Source of the DNA: a virus
Lineage: Duplodnaviria > Caudoviricetes
DNA length: 60,638 bases
Virus record (IMG/VR): IMGVR_UViG_3300006641_000002
Span: 1-60,638 of that record
Direction: 5' to 3' (one strand)
The position numbers and the translations under genes are program-made. How positions within the stretch are numbered: the stretch's first letter is position 1; each line of letters begins with the position of its first letter. A model generated the notes under the pieces. That model ran no database searches. It was not told the DNA's origin and worked only from the letters and a program-made list of their open reading frames with translations. Shown one piece after another: positions 19,366-30,012 of the stretch.

Positions 19366-20366
19366 GCAGCTTCAATCCACGCCGCCTTGAGCGTGACAAG
19401 TGCCGACCCGTCCGCGCTTGCGTCGGTCGTCAGGCAAATTTGTACTTCGAGCACGGTCTCCGACGCTAGGGCGTTCAGCGTTGCGTGAACGTTGTACGTC
19501 GTCGGCGATGTGGCGCTCGTCGACGTGGTTGTTTGCTCTGCACCGACGATGGTGTTTGCCGTCTTGTTGAACAACCGGACCTTCGCCGCGTTGCTTGCGT
19601 TACTCGTTTCGAGCATGTAGCGCAGCGAGATGCTTTGGCCGGCGCGTACGTCAAGAAGCGACTTGTCGAACGCTATCGATCCAACAACGGCATAAGTTGC
19701 GGTGTCGTTGGTGGCGGTGCTTCCGAGGATGTTCATCCGCTTTGAAAGCGGGTAAGCGAACGCTGGCGTGCCAGACGCGGCGACGCGTAGCACTTTGCCT
19801 TCGTCGCCCGAAACGGCCGAAGGAACCTCTGAAATGGAACGCCAATCGACAGATAGGGTTCCGCTTGTGTTCTTTACGTAGAGAAACGTGCCGTCTGCAC
19901 CTTGCGGAGTGAGTGCCGCCGCCCCGGTGTTGTCGACATAAAACAGTTTTCGCGCGTCACTACCTGTGATGGCCGGGAGCGCGTAGCTTGGCAGGTAGCC
20001 GGTTTTCCACTCAGCCTCGTTGCTGCCGTAGCCAAGAAACTTGCCTGACGCTCCCCCCGACGGCAACGCGTTGAGGATTTGCCAAGATGGCTCCCCGCTT
20101 GCGACGGTGAGTACCTTGCCATCATCGCCTGGTGCCGGCGCCACGACGATTTTTTGCCAATCCATAGGCGAAACCGTCGTAAGTCGGTACACGCACCCGT
20201 CAGCAATTACGTGCACGAGCATCCCTTGCAGGAGCCTGTAACTTGCGATGCCGTCGCGAGCCGCAATGTTGGCGACAACGTGAATGCCACCTTCCAAACG
20301 GTTGGCGAAACCGTCGGGGAACGCGCCCGCTGCCGTTGGCGTAAACGTCAAACCCTTCTCAGCCAT
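19362..20366 (-). CDS. Tail fibre-like protein
   Basis: Repeated DGKVL/GKFL/GTFL..W fibre segments; within the tail operon. Confidence 0.6.
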   Translation of the reverse strand: MAEKGLTFTPTAAGAFPDGFANRLEGGIHVVANIAARDGIASYRLLQGMLVHVIADGCVYRLTTVSPMDWQKIVVAPAPGDDGKVLTVASGEPSWQILNALPSGGASGKFLGYGSNEAEWKTGYLPSYALPAITGSDARKLFYVDNTGAAALTPQGADGTFLYVKNTSGTLSVDWRSISEVPSAVSGDEGKVLRVAASGTPAFAYPLSKRMNILGSTATNDTATYAVVGSIAFDKSLLDVRAGQSISLRYMLETSNASNAAKVRLFNKTANTIVGAEQTTTSTSATSPTTYNVHATLNALASETVLEVQICLTTDASADGSALVTLKAAWIEAA

Positions 20367-21772
20367 TAGCTAACCTTCACCTGGAATGTGCCAGTGAGCT
20401 TTTCAACGCTTCGCCAAACCGCATAGGTACGCGTCACACCATTACGCGTGATGCTGACAGTCGACCCTTGCGCCTGCATGTCGAAAGCAAAACCGGTGTT
20501 GTTGTCGACAAACGAAGGCGAGGCACTCGTGTACGGCGAGGCGTTCGGCCAAAGGAAATACACGTATTGACTCGACGCCGAAATGGTTTGCGTTTGCGTT
20601 TTCGTCGCCGAAAGCGCCTCGCTAAATCCTGACTGCAAGGCGTTGTTGTACACATCCGTTCCAGCGACTGACGAAGCGGTTGATTTGCCCCAATACACGT
20701 GACTCGTGAACGTTACGCTTAGTGTCTTGCTTGCCGTGACGCCCGTATCGTTGTCGGTCGCCGAAAGCGTAAATGTGACAACGGGGTCTGTTCCGATATC
20801 GGTTCCGAGCCGTGTCAGCGTGCCTGTCGTGGATGCCGAGGCGAACGGCGTTGCGAAGGAGATGGTGAGGTCCGTGTCGCTTCCGTTTGTCGAGCCCGTA
20901 TCCGTCTTGGTGATGGTTGCAGTTTCGGGCACTCCGTTGTTGTACGTTGCCGCAAACGTGGTTCCCGTGAAGAGCGTACCGCGCGCGACTGTAGCGGTGA
21001 GATTTGAGGTGAACGTGGCAATCCCGAAATCGGGAGCAAGATCGCTTAGGCGTAATTGTCGAAACGCCGCACCACCTGAGCCGTTGGTGACGAGCGCTTT
21101 GTTTGTGGCCGTTTCCCCCGTTGTCGCAACGTCATCCTTGGTGACCTTGCGAGAGATTGCCTTGCCGCTTCCATCCGTGCCAAGCACGGTGTTGGTGCCG
21201 CTTAGTTTGATGTCTGCTGGCGTTAGGGAGCGAAACTGAACGCCGCCCGATGTGCCGCCGCCATCTCCTTCGACGAGAGCCGCACCCGCAACTTCGGCGT
21301 AAGCCGGCAACGAAGCGCCGCCGCCGCCGCTACCCGCGCCTCCACGGATGATTTGATTGAGCACGCCGGTCCAACCGTGCTCTGCGTTGTGTTCATAGGT
21401 CTCGTTCGTCGCGAGGACCACGTAACCGTCGCCGGTTGGAACGGCGACCTTGAACGTCGTTCGCAACGTTGGATCGGGCCTTCCGAATCGGTCGGCGCCA
21501 CGGTTTACGACGCTTTCAAAAATGAGCGACTTGCCCGCAAGAGGCGCCGTGAACGTCGCCGTCTTTGCCGCCGCGTTGACGACAAGGTCAGCGTTGATGG
21601 TGTCAACGTTTGCGGTTTCATCGCCCGAGATGCAGGCGATGGACCAAACGTCGACACCGGTTGGGTCGGCGAGGGCGATGGTGACTTCAGCCGAAACGGC
21701 TACCTGCGCAACCGGCGGCGTCGTTTGAGGTGCGCCGCTTCCGCTGCGCACTGTGCATGCTGGTGATGGCAT
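20366..21772 (-). CDS. Tail fibre / virion structural protein
   Basis: Thr/Ser-rich beta domains, Gly linker, VLGTDGSG and LVTNGSG repeats. Confidence 0.6.
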   Translation of the reverse strand: MPSPACTVRSGSGAPQTTPPVAQVAVSAEVTIALADPTGVDVWSIACISGDETANVDTINADLVVNAAAKTATFTAPLAGKSLIFESVVNRGADRFGRPDPTLRTTFKVAVPTGDGYVVLATNETYEHNAEHGWTGVLNQIIRGGAGSGGGGASLPAYAEVAGAALVEGDGGGTSGGVQFRSLTPADIKLSGTNTVLGTDGSGKAISRKVTKDDVATTGETATNKALVTNGSGGAAFRQLRLSDLAPDFGIATFTSNLTATVARGTLFTGTTFAATYNNGVPETATITKTDTGSTNGSDTDLTISFATPFASASTTGTLTRLGTDIGTDPVVTFTLSATDNDTGVTASKTLSVTFTSHVYWGKSTASSVAGTDVYNNALQSGFSEALSATKTQTQTISASSQYVYFLWPNASPYTSASPSFVDNNTGFAFDMQAQGSTVSITRNGVTRTYAVWRSVEKLTGTFQVKVS

Positions 21773-23113
21773 TTATTTCACGAAGTAAATGGTAAGTTTG
21801 CCGCTTCCGCCGTTGCCGCCGTTGCCCCCCGACACATCATCTGCCGCTGTGTATTTGCCAGAGCCGCCCCCGCCCCCACCTCCAGCGCCGCTGGCGAAAG
21901 CTGCTGACTGGCCGGCGAGCCCCTTCATGTATTGCTGGTCTACACCGTTGCCAAAATCCAACAAATCAACATAGCTAACACCGCCACCCGCTCCGCCGTT
22001 GCCTCCCGATCCCGCGCCTCCGCCACCTCCGCAACCGACGAACGTATCGTTAGCGACGAATGTGGTGTTTTTTGCAGGCGCACCACCAGCATAGTTTTCG
22101 GAATCAGTACCGTAATCCGCTGAGATGAAAGTAGCCGGTAGCAAGCCAGCGTCGATGAAGCCACCTATGCCGCCAGACTGCATAGGTCGATGATAATCAT
22201 ATTGGATGTCGGTCGAGATGTTCTGCGCGTCGCCGTGAAACCAAAATTCCCAAGGCACACCAGGCTTGGCGACGAGCGTTCTGTTGCTACGCACAGACGT
22301 GGCGCTGCGTCCGTTTGTGCCGCCTGCGGCACCGCGAAAGCGCACCGATCCAAACAACGTATCACCCCCACGCTTGCTTGCGCGATCGCCACCCAATCCA
22401 ATCGTGACCGCCACAGAGCCGCCAGGCGTTACGCTTGCGCGCTGCCATCGCGCTAAAGCGCCACCGCCACCGCCACCGCCATTCGATAAAATGTGACCTG
22501 TGTCATTCTTTTGCCAACCAACATTTCCTAAACCGCCATCTCCACCAGCTCCTCCGCCGCCGTAACCGTAAAGCAGCACCTCAGTCACACCAGATGGGAC
22601 CGTCCATGTTTGATTTGCGGCTGTACTCGTCAGTTCTTCTTTGCGAAGTTTCGAGCCTTGCGCCTGCTGATAAAGCCGCCACGCGCCCGCTGCAAAGATG
22701 AACGACGCCCACGGACCATCTGCCCTTTGCCCGTTGCCGATTGCGTACGTCGCACCCGATGCCGTTATCGTCACCGTCCAAGCAAAGTTTGGGTCAGCGA
22801 ATATGGATATGACCTCGCCCGTCACGACGCCCGTTGTCGAAAGCGTGAGCGTTCGGTTTGCCGTGACCGTCGCTCCTATCTCGACAATGGTATTGCCGTT
22901 GCCAACCGTTAGCGTCGTGTCGGCATTTGGCATTGCAAATACTGACTGAGCAAACCTCCCGCCGCCCGAAAGCACGATGCGACCGCTAAGCGTGTCGCCC
23001 GCTGGCGTCTTATCAAGCGCCTTGGTGAGCGCCGTGTCGATGGCGTTGGCTTCGTCGTGCGTAAACGTGTCGAGCTGATTCCAGCCCGCCTGCTTGGTTC
23101 GGTTGATGGTCAT
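21773..23113 (-). CDS. Glycine-rich tail fibre protein
   Basis: TWTVPSGVTEV...GGGGAGG...GGNGGSGKLTI glycine-rich domain; follows the baseplate genes. Confidence 0.75.
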   Translation of the reverse strand: MTINRTKQAGWNQLDTFTHDEANAIDTALTKALDKTPAGDTLSGRIVLSGGGRFAQSVFAMPNADTTLTVGNGNTIVEIGATVTANRTLTLSTTGVVTGEVISIFADPNFAWTVTITASGATYAIGNGQRADGPWASFIFAAGAWRLYQQAQGSKLRKEELTSTAANQTWTVPSGVTEVLLYGYGGGGAGGDGGLGNVGWQKNDTGHILSNGGGGGGGALARWQRASVTPGGSVAVTIGLGGDRASKRGGDTLFGSVRFRGAAGGTNGRSATSVRSNRTLVAKPGVPWEFWFHGDAQNISTDIQYDYHRPMQSGGIGGFIDAGLLPATFISADYGTDSENYAGGAPAKNTTFVANDTFVGCGGGGGAGSGGNGGAGGGVSYVDLLDFGNGVDQQYMKGLAGQSAAFASGAGGGGGGGSGKYTAADDVSGGNGGNGGSGKLTIYFVK

Positions 23114-23114
23114 C

Positions 23115-24038
23115 TTATGCCAACTTCAAGCGGTCAAGGTTTTGAGACACATCAAGTCGGAATATGTCGCCGCGTACGACCTCAAACGTCACCCACGCGG
23201 GCAAAACGGAATCAAGAAAGCCGTAAACGCTCGATGCAATGTCCGAGTATTCTGCGTCCTTCATCCAATCCTGCGGCGTTGTGACAACTTGCACGTGAGC
23301 GACCGACGACGTCCATCCATCGACGAGCGCTTTGCATGAGAAGTGCGTGTCGACCGCGTAATTGCCAACGGGGCACGTAAGCGTGAGGCCGGTTTGACCG
23401 ATAGTCACGACGTCATTGGTTTTGAAGACCTGTCGCTCTGTTTGGTCACCAACCGTCCACGCGACGGTTAACTCAGCTTGCGAGCGATCACCCGCTTGCG
23501 TGACAACCATATCAAGCACAACGTCTTGCATCACGAGCCCCGCGACAGTGGGAATGGGAGCGCCAATAACGTCGCAATCAACCCGCCACGTGCCGGGGTC
23601 ATTTCTTACGACGTGGGGGTCGTTCCATTCCTGCGTTTCGATGACGAAGGGAATAGGCGAAAGGAGCGGCGTTAGCTTGTCGGTGATAGCTTGCCTCGTG
23701 GGCACGAAGCCCGTGAGCCGCCGGCGCTCCACGAGTCGCTTGTGACGTTCGCCAAGCGTTGCCGATGGTGACGGTACGATTCCAAAGATGGCTTCCCATC
23801 TCGCAAGCAGCGGCGTTGAGCGAAGGTCGTAGAGCTTTGCAAGCTTCGCGTTGGTGTGCCACACGCTTGCGATAGCGCGCGCGATAGCGTGGTTTTCGAC
23901 CCACACGTTTGTTCCTTCCGCCGCAACGAATGCCGTCCCGCGCGACTGGCCAACGGCTTGTGTGAGCCCTTTGACAATCGACAGCCCAGAGCCTCCGAGC
24001 TTTGCCGGGAACGGTGCGTAGCCGCCAAAGGTTGGCAT
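23115..24038 (-). CDS. Baseplate wedge protein (gpI/DUF2313-like)
   Basis: LLARWEAIFGI...TLGER and C-terminal LPAWVTF; downstream of baseplate J. Confidence 0.7.
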   Translation of the reverse strand: MPTFGGYAPFPAKLGGSGLSIVKGLTQAVGQSRGTAFVAAEGTNVWVENHAIARAIASVWHTNAKLAKLYDLRSTPLLARWEAIFGIVPSPSATLGERHKRLVERRRLTGFVPTRQAITDKLTPLLSPIPFVIETQEWNDPHVVRNDPGTWRVDCDVIGAPIPTVAGLVMQDVVLDMVVTQAGDRSQAELTVAWTVGDQTERQVFKTNDVVTIGQTGLTLTCPVGNYAVDTHFSCKALVDGWTSSVAHVQVVTTPQDWMKDAEYSDIASSVYGFLDSVLPAWVTFEVVRGDIFRLDVSQNLDRLKLA

Positions 24039-24511
24039 TAGCGCGCCCGCACCACGAAGGTCTCGCCCGTGGCGTCCACGGATGCTCCAGCCATGTCAAA
24101 CACGTAGACGGTAATGACGTTGCCCGTTGCCGCCGCTTGCACGTGCCTAGCTTGCGGGCCCGTGGCGCTGCCTAGTGCCGACTTCAAATTGACCGTGTGC
24201 GAGCCTTGCAGCTCGTCTTGCACCGATAGCGGTACCGTCAAGGTAAAGGTGCCTGTTCCAGTTTTGACAATGCTTGGCACCGTCGTCGTTGTCTTTTTCC
24301 AGACGGCCTCAAAGCTCGTAACCGTCGGCGTAGCGCCCGCCGTAAAGGTAACCTCGACGCGGTCGACCATGCGCGAACTCATGGCCACATCGCACGCGAG
24401 GCGATTGTACTCGATTGCGTCGAGGTCGGTCTCAGGGTCGACCGGGGCAATCTCATAATTGCGCTTTGGCGCCCCGTAGTTGGTTATGTTCGATGCATCA
24501 GGCAACGGCAT
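24038..24511 (-). CDS. Hypothetical baseplate-region protein
   Basis: ATG 24511 overlaps the baseplate J stop; the longer upstream extension overlaps J and is unlikely. Confidence 0.6.
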   Translation of the reverse strand: MPLPDASNITNYGAPKRNYEIAPVDPETDLDAIEYNRLACDVAMSSRMVDRVEVTFTAGATPTVTSFEAVWKKTTTTVPSIVKTGTGTFTLTVPLSVQDELQGSHTVNLKSALGSATGPQARHVQAAATGNVITVYVFDMAGASVDATGETFVVRAR

Positions 24512-26013
24512 CAGACGGCCTCGTAGATCGCGATGTGGCGCGGAATGTATATCTTGGGCGCATTGCTCAAACTTGCCGGCACATCGGGCGCCGTCGCTTG
24601 CGTGCGATAGAGGAAAGCGGCGTCCTGTACCTCGTCGCTGCTGACAACAACGGCGCGAAGCATGGCCGCATCCACGCGATAAGGCCACGACTGCGCTGGC
24701 GGTGGATGACGGAACCCACGACCGTAAAGCGGTGAATCCGACGCCAGTTTTTCGCCAGGGCCAAGCGCTGCGAAGGCTTGGATGACGGCGTTGAAGTACG
24801 TTTCGATGTTGGTGGCGTTTGGCGAAATCAAACATCCCGCCGTGATACCGGGAAGCGGCTTGTCGAGGGTGATGGATACCGTTGGAAGGCTGCCGATGAC
24901 CTCCGCCGTCATCACGGTGGCCGTGTACACCTGCCAGGTGTACGGCGATAACCAAGCAATCTGCGTGACGCCAGCGATGGGCACGCTTGGCGCCTGCACG
25001 GTGTATGTCGTGACGTTTGCCGATGGTCCGACGGCTAAAACAGGCGCGGTAAAATCCGACGCACCGTTGATGTTTTTCGGCCACGTTGCGCCGTCGGTCC
25101 ACCCGCCACCAGGCCCAGGCGGCCTCGCCTTCGGTGATGAGGGGATGGCAACGGCAATCGACACGTCGAACGGCACCTCATTCACCGATGTGACGATGGT
25201 GGACACGCCTTCAGGGTAGAGCCCGTCGATGTAAGGTTTGACCGAGTTTGCCACGACGGCGTCGGTGACCCTTCGACCCTTGCTTGTGTCGCTTGGGTAG
25301 CCAACAACCGCTACCGCGAGCGAGCCCGAGCCGGCGACGCCGGGATACACAAAGGCCTTTTGCACAATCGAGTCGGATTGCTCGGCGAGCAGCGCAACGT
25401 GCGCCGCGTTACCAGCGGCAGGAGGGTTGCGTAGCCAATCGTAAATGCGTTGGCGAAGTGTCTCGTCGTCCTCGGCCTCGGCGCCGCCCGTGATGCCTCC
25501 CGTCGCAACGGTGGCCTTCGAGTCGCTGAACGGTGGCGGGTTGACCCACCTGAAAACATCGCCCGCCGGATGATTGGTCGCAGCTCCGGTGTCGAGGGCT
25601 TCGATCGGTATCGTGTCGCCGCTTGCGTAGACGCCGCCTGTCAGCACGCGAAAACGAAAGCCCGCCTGGTCGACAAGCTCGGCGCCAACCGTCACCGTCG
25701 TCTTCGCTGTCGAGGTCAAGATAACGCTACCAGCGCCGCCAACAGCCCCGCGCCGTTCGCTCATGCCTATGTTGTTGGCAATGCCGTCAAGCTCGTCGCC
25801 TGTCGCAGTGTCCGGCATAACCTGGTCGGCTTTGACCTGCGCGTTGGCCATCGCGACCTCAATCTGATCGCCGATGGCTTGCGCCAAAATGTACGTGTCG
25901 GTTCCTTGGCTGACGTTTGGGTTCGCAACGCCAATCCCGACAAGGCCGGCGCGGTACGTGCGCAGGAAATCGTCACGAATGTCCGACGATGATTTGACCG
26001 TAAAATCAGCCAT
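24511..26013 (-). CDS. Baseplate J-like protein
   Basis: PDTATGDELD, EALDTGAATN, GGAEAEDDETLRQRI...PPAAGN. Confidence 0.9.
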   Translation of the reverse strand: MADFTVKSSSDIRDDFLRTYRAGLVGIGVANPNVSQGTDTYILAQAIGDQIEVAMANAQVKADQVMPDTATGDELDGIANNIGMSERRGAVGGAGSVILTSTAKTTVTVGAELVDQAGFRFRVLTGGVYASGDTIPIEALDTGAATNHPAGDVFRWVNPPPFSDSKATVATGGITGGAEAEDDETLRQRIYDWLRNPPAAGNAAHVALLAEQSDSIVQKAFVYPGVAGSGSLAVAVVGYPSDTSKGRRVTDAVVANSVKPYIDGLYPEGVSTIVTSVNEVPFDVSIAVAIPSSPKARPPGPGGGWTDGATWPKNINGASDFTAPVLAVGPSANVTTYTVQAPSVPIAGVTQIAWLSPYTWQVYTATVMTAEVIGSLPTVSITLDKPLPGITAGCLISPNATNIETYFNAVIQAFAALGPGEKLASDSPLYGRGFRHPPPAQSWPYRVDAAMLRAVVVSSDEVQDAAFLYRTQATAPDVPASLSNAPKIYIPRHIAIYEAV

Positions 26014-26468
26014 TAGATTTGAGTGGTCTGTTCGATTTCAGTTGTAAGGTCACGCCAACGAACTTGCGTGTAAATGGGGCGAACGGATGCATCGATCGTA
26101 ATGTCGACGACCTCGATGGCCTTCTCTTTCACAAGGCCCGCGAGTGCTTGGAGGATGGTGGCCCTGCGGCGTGAAACGAAGTTGTTGCCGATAACGCCGC
26201 CGGGCGTGTCGATGCCAAGCGTATAGACGCTCGCACTTCCCACCGTCGTCGTGAGGGCCAGTTGCACGCGCTGTGCAACGGCCGAAACGCCAACGTATCT
26301 CCCGCGCTCGTCGATGACGTATTGCCCGGTGACGGGGTCGATGAGGCGTGTCGATTGCTGCACACCGTTTGCGTCCACAAGCGATGTGCCGGCGTTGGAG
26401 GGTGCTGCATCGGGCACACCAAGCCCTGCCGGCGCTTTGCCAACAGGTGACTTTCCGACACCAATCAC
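26013..26468 (-). CDS. Baseplate wedge/sheath initiator (gp25/gp46-like)
   Basis: AQRVQLALTTTVGS...LGI pattern; directly upstream of J. Confidence 0.6.
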   Translation of the reverse strand: MIGVGKSPVGKAPAGLGVPDAAPSNAGTSLVDANGVQQSTRLIDPVTGQYVIDERGRYVGVSAVAQRVQLALTTTVGSASVYTLGIDTPGGVIGNNFVSRRRATILQALAGLVKEKAIEVVDITIDASVRPIYTQVRWRDLTTEIEQTTQI

Positions 26469-26680
26469 GTGAGGCCACCCGTCCCGGTGCCGGTGACCGG
26501 AGCGGGTCCGGTGCTCGTTGCTGCCGTGCCCGATACGTCGACCGTGACCGTCGCTTGAAGCAGGTAGTCGTGTATGGCTTGCGCCATGCGCGCCATGGCT
26601 TCACGGCCTGCCGTGTCCGTTGCTTGCACGCCCGTCGCCGAAATAAGCGCGGAGGCTAAGGTTTGCGGATTGAGCGCCAT
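26465..26680 (-). CDS. Small baseplate-associated protein (possible spike tip)
   Basis: 71 aa ending PVTGTGTGGLT; coupled overlaps. Confidence 0.55.
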   Translation of the reverse strand: MALNPQTLASALISATGVQATDTAGREAMARMAQAIHDYLLQATVTVDVSGTAATSTGPAPVTGTGTGGLT

Positions 26681-27015
26681 TAGAGCGGGCAGGATGGTTC
26701 GGGAAGCGTGAGCGAAGGAAGTGACGGAAGCGTTGGCAGAGAAGGCAACAACGGAAGCCCCGGCATTCCAATCGACGGCAACGAAAGCGCCGGGTCGAAT
26801 GCGGGCAACGTGATCGGTATGCCGAACGAAAGGGACGGAAGCGTTGGCAACGACGGCAACAACGGAAGGCCAGGCATCGGCAACGTAGGCAACGACAACG
26901 TCGGATCGAATGCAGGCAGCGTGATGGGAATGCCGAAAGCTAAGGAAGGCAAGCTAGGCAAGCTCGGCAAAGTCGGTAAGCCGGGAATGCCTATCGTGGG
27001 GAATCCGCAACTCAT
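26680..27015 (-). CDS. Pro/Leu/Ser-rich repeat protein
   Basis: Coupled to both neighbours; LPSL repeats and two copies of FGIPITLPAFDP. Confidence 0.6.
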   Translation of the reverse strand: MSCGFPTIGIPGLPTLPSLPSLPSLAFGIPITLPAFDPTLSLPTLPMPGLPLLPSLPTLPSLSFGIPITLPAFDPALSLPSIGMPGLPLLPSLPTLPSLPSLTLPEPSCPL

Positions 27016-27692
27016 TCAATTTTGACTTTGACCGACGGCGCCGCTGCAACGCCCGTCGGGCCACGAACAGCCGTCAAGACGGCGGCGTTGCCAATCATGA
27101 CCCCCGAACCATCAAGAAGCGTTGTGCCCGACCCCACAAGCGCGATGTCGCCGCTTGCGCGAAGAGTTAGCGCCGCCTTCCCCGCCGTGATGGTCACGCC
27201 ATCTTCGTCGGCGATGATGCCGAATCCTTTGCCGTTGATGGCTACTAATCGGTTCGCGTTCGAGTCGAGGCTGACCGTCATCCCATCGCCCGAGCCCGAG
27301 TTTCCGGCTCGCGTGTAGAGATGAATCGAGCCGTCTTTTTTCAAAAAAACGCGCCCCTGCGAATTGCCGTTTTCGCCCGGCGCATACATGCACGTTTCGC
27401 CATAATCGAGGCTCGCGTAAAGCCCGTGACAGCGAACGTCACGGCTCCCGATCACGCAATCGCGGTCGCTCGCTCGCAAGATGACCGCCTGCGGGCCGCC
27501 CTTGTCACGCTCCGGCTTTGATGGTCGTGAAGCGAAGCCAATGTGCTGCACCCATTCGGCTTCGACGCTTTCGGTGACGTCGCCATCTTCATCGCCAAGG
27601 ATGGCGAGAATCGTGTTGGTGGCGGCATCGCGAACCGTATTTAGGATCCCGATTCCGCGATCCCAAACCGGTTTGAAGGCTAGAAAGTCCAT
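27012..27692 (-). CDS. Baseplate spike (Mu gp45/gpV-like)
   Basis: QHIGFASRP...GETCMYA...DGSIHL motifs with C-terminal beta-helix repeats. Confidence 0.72.
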   Translation of the reverse strand: MDFLAFKPVWDRGIGILNTVRDAATNTILAILGDEDGDVTESVEAEWVQHIGFASRPSKPERDKGGPQAVILRASDRDCVIGSRDVRCHGLYASLDYGETCMYAPGENGNSQGRVFLKKDGSIHLYTRAGNSGSGDGMTVSLDSNANRLVAINGKGFGIIADEDGVTITAGKAALTLRASGDIALVGSGTTLLDGSGVMIGNAAVLTAVRGPTGVAAAPSVKVKIE

Positions 27693-29038
27693 TAGAGGCG
27701 AAGCGTGTTAGGGCGGATGAGCGTTAGCGTGGTGGTCGTGCCGCCGCTGCGTGACTTGTTGAGCATCACGCCCTTGATCCACATCGTTTCGTGAATGTTT
27801 GCAACGTCATCGCTCACGATCACCGTAGTGTCGACGGCCCACGGCTTTCCGAAATACGTGTGACCAGCAACAACGTACATGCACTCGATGGCGCGTGACT
27901 GACGTGAAGCCATCTCGCGCTTTGTAAAGTTGATGAGCTCTTTCAGATTGTTTGATTCCGGGTCGACCAAAAACATCGGCCTTGCTCGCGGATACGGATT
28001 GCGTGCCTTGGGAACGAGTCCGTCCTCAAAGTCTTTTTCGGTGATGACGTACGCCTTTGGAAAGCGCTTTAGAATTGCTTTCACCGCATCGACGTACTCG
28101 CCATTGTCGTCAACGCCGATGAGCTCGTTGACCATGATGGCGCGAATGGTCGACCTCGAGAACTCACCACCACCCGCGCGACCGCCGGAAATGATGACCG
28201 ATGGCTGGTCAGTGCGAGCGTGACGAACAGCGCCGCTGATAATGTTGTTCGCGCTACCGCGTCCAGGGCCGCGAAGTCTCACTAGGTTGTAGATTGGTTC
28301 CTGATCGAAATCCGGTTTGCCGACCACGACGCCAGTGCCGTCAGCTTTGGCCCAAATATGAAGGCCCGCACGCTTGGCAAGGCGCCCAAGAAATTCGTAC
28401 GCCCCTTCCCTCGGGTACGGCTTGGCTTGATGAACGGCGAATGACGTAGGCTTTGCCGTCTTCTTGCCATGCTTCAAGGCAGCGGCGTTGACGGTAATTT
28501 TCTCCGCACCACCTGCGGCGTTTGCAGACGCCACCTTGCGCTCAAACTTGCTCGTCTTGCTTTGGTTGCCCTTACCCTTTGGCGTTCCGAACTGGTTGGC
28601 TGCGCGAATCGACCTATCTGCGACGTTGTCTAGGGAGATGGTCGTGAGCCCATAAGGGGCGAGCACCTTGCCGATGACGTCGATGAGCGACTGGTCAGCC
28701 GAGAATGTCATGTATGGGTCGATGTTGCTATCGACTACGTCGCCGAGAACGTCACGCCCTGACACTGCGAACACGGTGCCGCTTGACCGCTCCGAGCCCA
28801 TCGCGACTTCGTCGATGTAGCCGGTGCACACGCGTTTGCCGTTCACCAGAAGGCTAACCTTCATTCCCGGCGCGATACGACCAGAAGCGCCAAGAGGAAT
28901 GTCAGGGTCGCCTACGCTAAACGTAAAGCTATCCGCAGGCGTCAGGAAGTCCGTGCGAAATGTGTACTGCGTCCACCTGTCGAGGTTGTAGCCGAGACTG
29001 TCGAGGTGAAGCGTGCACTCGTCGAGGTCGGCGGCCAT
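27692..29038 (-). CDS. Baseplate hub (Mu gp44-like)
   Basis: ADSFTF...TGYIDEV...VSGRD..GDVVDS...E.AYEFL.RLA pattern. Confidence 0.8.
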   Translation of the reverse strand: MAADLDECTLHLDSLGYNLDRWTQYTFRTDFLTPADSFTFSVGDPDIPLGASGRIAPGMKVSLLVNGKRVCTGYIDEVAMGSERSSGTVFAVSGRDVLGDVVDSNIDPYMTFSADQSLIDVIGKVLAPYGLTTISLDNVADRSIRAANQFGTPKGKGNQSKTSKFERKVASANAAGGAEKITVNAAALKHGKKTAKPTSFAVHQAKPYPREGAYEFLGRLAKRAGLHIWAKADGTGVVVGKPDFDQEPIYNLVRLRGPGRGSANNIISGAVRHARTDQPSVIISGGRAGGGEFSRSTIRAIMVNELIGVDDNGEYVDAVKAILKRFPKAYVITEKDFEDGLVPKARNPYPRARPMFLVDPESNNLKELINFTKREMASRQSRAIECMYVVAGHTYFGKPWAVDTTVIVSDDVANIHETMWIKGVMLNKSRSGGTTTTLTLIRPNTLRL

Positions 29039-30012
29039 TAGACCAAAGTGGCCAGCGGCGAGATGCCGCCCGTTACAGCGGCGACAACGCCCGGGTTTAC
29101 GTCAACGCGGTAGTAGCGAACCACGGTGCGACGGTCGATGATGGGCGTCTTCACGATTTCAGGATTGAGCTCAATGAGCGATGTCACCGTAGATTGAAGA
29201 CGTGAGGCTAGGTTGCCAACGGTCGTAGGCTCCGGCACGACGTAAAGGGAAACATCTTTAGTCACGCCGCTTCCGAGCATCTTGAGACGAATGATCGCGT
29301 CCCTCATTCGAAGAACGCTTTGCTTTACGTCCCAGAACTGCGGGTCCATAAGGCCAGTGATGCTTTCGTGAATGCGGTTTAGGCGGTACGTGATGCGGTC
29401 GATGACGGCCACCGCGCGCTTGGCTAATAGCGTCGCAGTGTCGAACACAGCGGCCACGAAATTCATCGCATCTAAGAGCGATGATTTAGGATCTGGGTCG
29501 AGATGTTTTAGGCTCACACCATCAAGCGCATCGTCAATGGTCTTTGCCTCGTCGAGTGCGACGTTCAAAGGTGACCGCTCCGAAAAAAGCGCCTGCGATT
29601 CGTCCTCGAACTCGGAATACTCCATCCACTCCGCGGAAACCGTCTCACCTCCGCGAGAGATAGAGGAGATGCTTGTGGCGCAAGACACTGGCTTGACCTT
29701 GACCGAACCAAACGAAGGGCACACGAGCACGCCCGTTGAACGGTCCGCCATAGCGGCAAGAAAGCGCCGGTGATGAGCCGGATACAGGTCAGGCCAGTTC
29801 TCGGTCACACCTCGAGCTAGGCCCGCGGTGAAAGGAATCGACGCAGAAAACATAAGCGGGTTTCGTCCCGTCGCCTCAACCCGTCCACCGTCTTGGTCAG
29901 GTCGCTTGTGCTGCGCAATGTCGTGCGTGATTTGTATGCGAAAATCAGTGATGGGGAACGACACATCACGGAACTTTGCTTCGAGAAGAGCGACGGTGAA
30001 GATGTCGCTCAT
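29038..30012 (-). CDS. DNA circularisation N-terminal domain protein (Mu gp43-like) with LysM-like C-terminus
   Basis: LLEAKFRDVSF...H..P...VEATGR...GVLVCPSFGSVKV; C-terminal LIELNP. Confidence 0.78.
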   Translation of the reverse strand: MSDIFTVALLEAKFRDVSFPITDFRIQITHDIAQHKRPDQDGGRVEATGRNPLMFSASIPFTAGLARGVTENWPDLYPAHHRRFLAAMADRSTGVLVCPSFGSVKVKPVSCATSISSISRGGETVSAEWMEYSEFEDESQALFSERSPLNVALDEAKTIDDALDGVSLKHLDPDPKSSLLDAMNFVAAVFDTATLLAKRAVAVIDRITYRLNRIHESITGLMDPQFWDVKQSVLRMRDAIIRLKMLGSGVTKDVSLYVVPEPTTVGNLASRLQSTVTSLIELNPEIVKTPIIDRRTVVRYYRVDVNPGVVAAVTGGISPLATLV

